Shown here in pieces: positions 62,928 to 64,000 of a stretch of DNA of 64,000 nucleotides. The DNA is from Selaginella moellendorffii (lineage: Eukaryota > Plantae > Lycopodiophyta), in NCBI RefSeq assembly GCF_000143415.4, contig NW_003314325.1, positions 776,086 through 840,085 of the forward strand. Direction: 5' to 3'. Within the stretch, counting starts at the first letter, position 1. Each line of letters starts with the position of its first letter. The position numbers were made by a program, and so were the translations under genes. Under the pieces are notes generated by a model, which did not search any database, had not been told where the DNA came from, and was given only the letters and a program-made list of their open reading frames with translations.

Positions 62928-64000
62928 GGCTTGACATCTACTGTTTGAGTTAAAAAGTGTTGTTTTTTATTTTGGTAAGTCTCGCACTGACCATTCTCTC
63001 GAACCAACCTTCCACCACTGCCGTCCAGGCGATCGCATCACGCCCTGGAAGAGGCTTGGAGGAGCCTCTTAATCCTATCCAAGAGAAACTTTGGATTTTC
63101 AAGATGGTTTCTAGTGTCGTCCAAAAGATCTCGTTGCGGTGAGACATCTTTTTGAAGAGATCATTCGCGTCATATGCGCCGCCACCACGTCTTTCTTTGG
63201 GAGCTTCTCAAAGCCTCTAAAACGTCGATACCTCTTTTTGGCAAGCCATGCTACAGTTAATCGAGCCATGGGATTTTGGGAGGCTCTAGCGTTTCAATCA
63301 AGACAGGGATAACGCAAAGAGCTGCGTCGTCAAAGATATGGCGATTGGCTCTCTTTGGAAGACTCTGCTGCTCAAGTATCACAATTCTCGACTGGTATCA
63401 AAGTTAGTGAATGATATTAATGCGACTAAAACGTCAAACACTGGAATATGGATGGCAATGCAATGCCTCGGGAGATTCTGCTCAAGATGTATAAAGATGG
63501 TATCTGGGAGTTGAAGAGGCACAACTTGGTGTGCTACGTGAATTTGACAATGTGAGTCTTTTATATATGACACAAAAACACCCTCGTTCCCGGACCATGG
63601 TGCTTGACATGGAAGCCAAGAGCTTGCCGCCCTCGTCAGATCTTGCGACAATCCCAGCGATGGCTGCCGGATCCATGCCCAGATCCTTCACAGCGACCAC
63701 AAGAACAGCGTCTTCCTGCGAAATCTCCTCGTCCAGATGTATGGCCGCTGCGGCTGCCTGGAGAAAGCGCGATCGGTCTTCGATTCTACCTATCTCTTCT
63801 CTTGGAAGCAGGCGGTCCTGGGCGGCAAGAGATTGTGTCCAGCAACGCCATGATCTCGGCATACGCCGCGGCCGGGGACTCTTCGATCGCATCCCTGCCA
63901 AGAATTCCATCACCTGGAACGCGATGACCGAGATGTGCTCGCAGAGTGGCAATCTCGGCGAGGCGGAGGCGGCATAGCAAACCCTCGTGCCATGATCGTG
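62922..64000. repeat. Right arm of the inverted repeat (PPR pieces plus MBL last-exon fragment); runs off the window
   Basis: 63260-63385 matches the MBL 3' exon; 63620-64000 is a + strand PPR fragment. Confidence 0.9.

Noticed and set aside
62504-63007. Pro-rich extensin-like ORF on the - strand
   Set aside because: Antisense shadow of the Gly-rich repeat; signal peptide and TATA support the + strand

Overview
Gene-dense land-plant nuclear DNA. The 55-105 bp introns, tight gene packing and PLS-type PPR motifs suggest the lycophyte Selaginella (inference, no search run). Bases 1-38770 are a head-to-tail array of eight ~5.0 kb units; the eighth is truncated and the array is open at the left edge. 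Each unit has one conserved, single-exon 214-aa SCP/FCP1-family (NIF, DxDxT) phosphatase, intact in 7 of 8 copies. Around it lie broken gene pieces: an MBL-fold hydrolase, a GH47/MNS5 exon, a small signal-peptide+TM gene, HISN3 exons and PPR fragments. Right of the array are a scrambled HISN3 pseudogene, a 68-aa two-exon microprotein gene missed by the ORF track, HISN3, calmodulin, an Asp/Glu racemase-like gene, an OR23-like F-box/kelch gene, a MIKC MADS-box gene, a candidate miRNA-like hairpin, a TPT-family transporter, 5-FCL, COX19 and an At2g23090-like zinc finger gene. A diverged solo copy of the array core follows, then GPN1 and a Gly-rich protein gene bracketed by >1 kb inverted repeats. 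All family assignments come from recognised motifs, not database searches.
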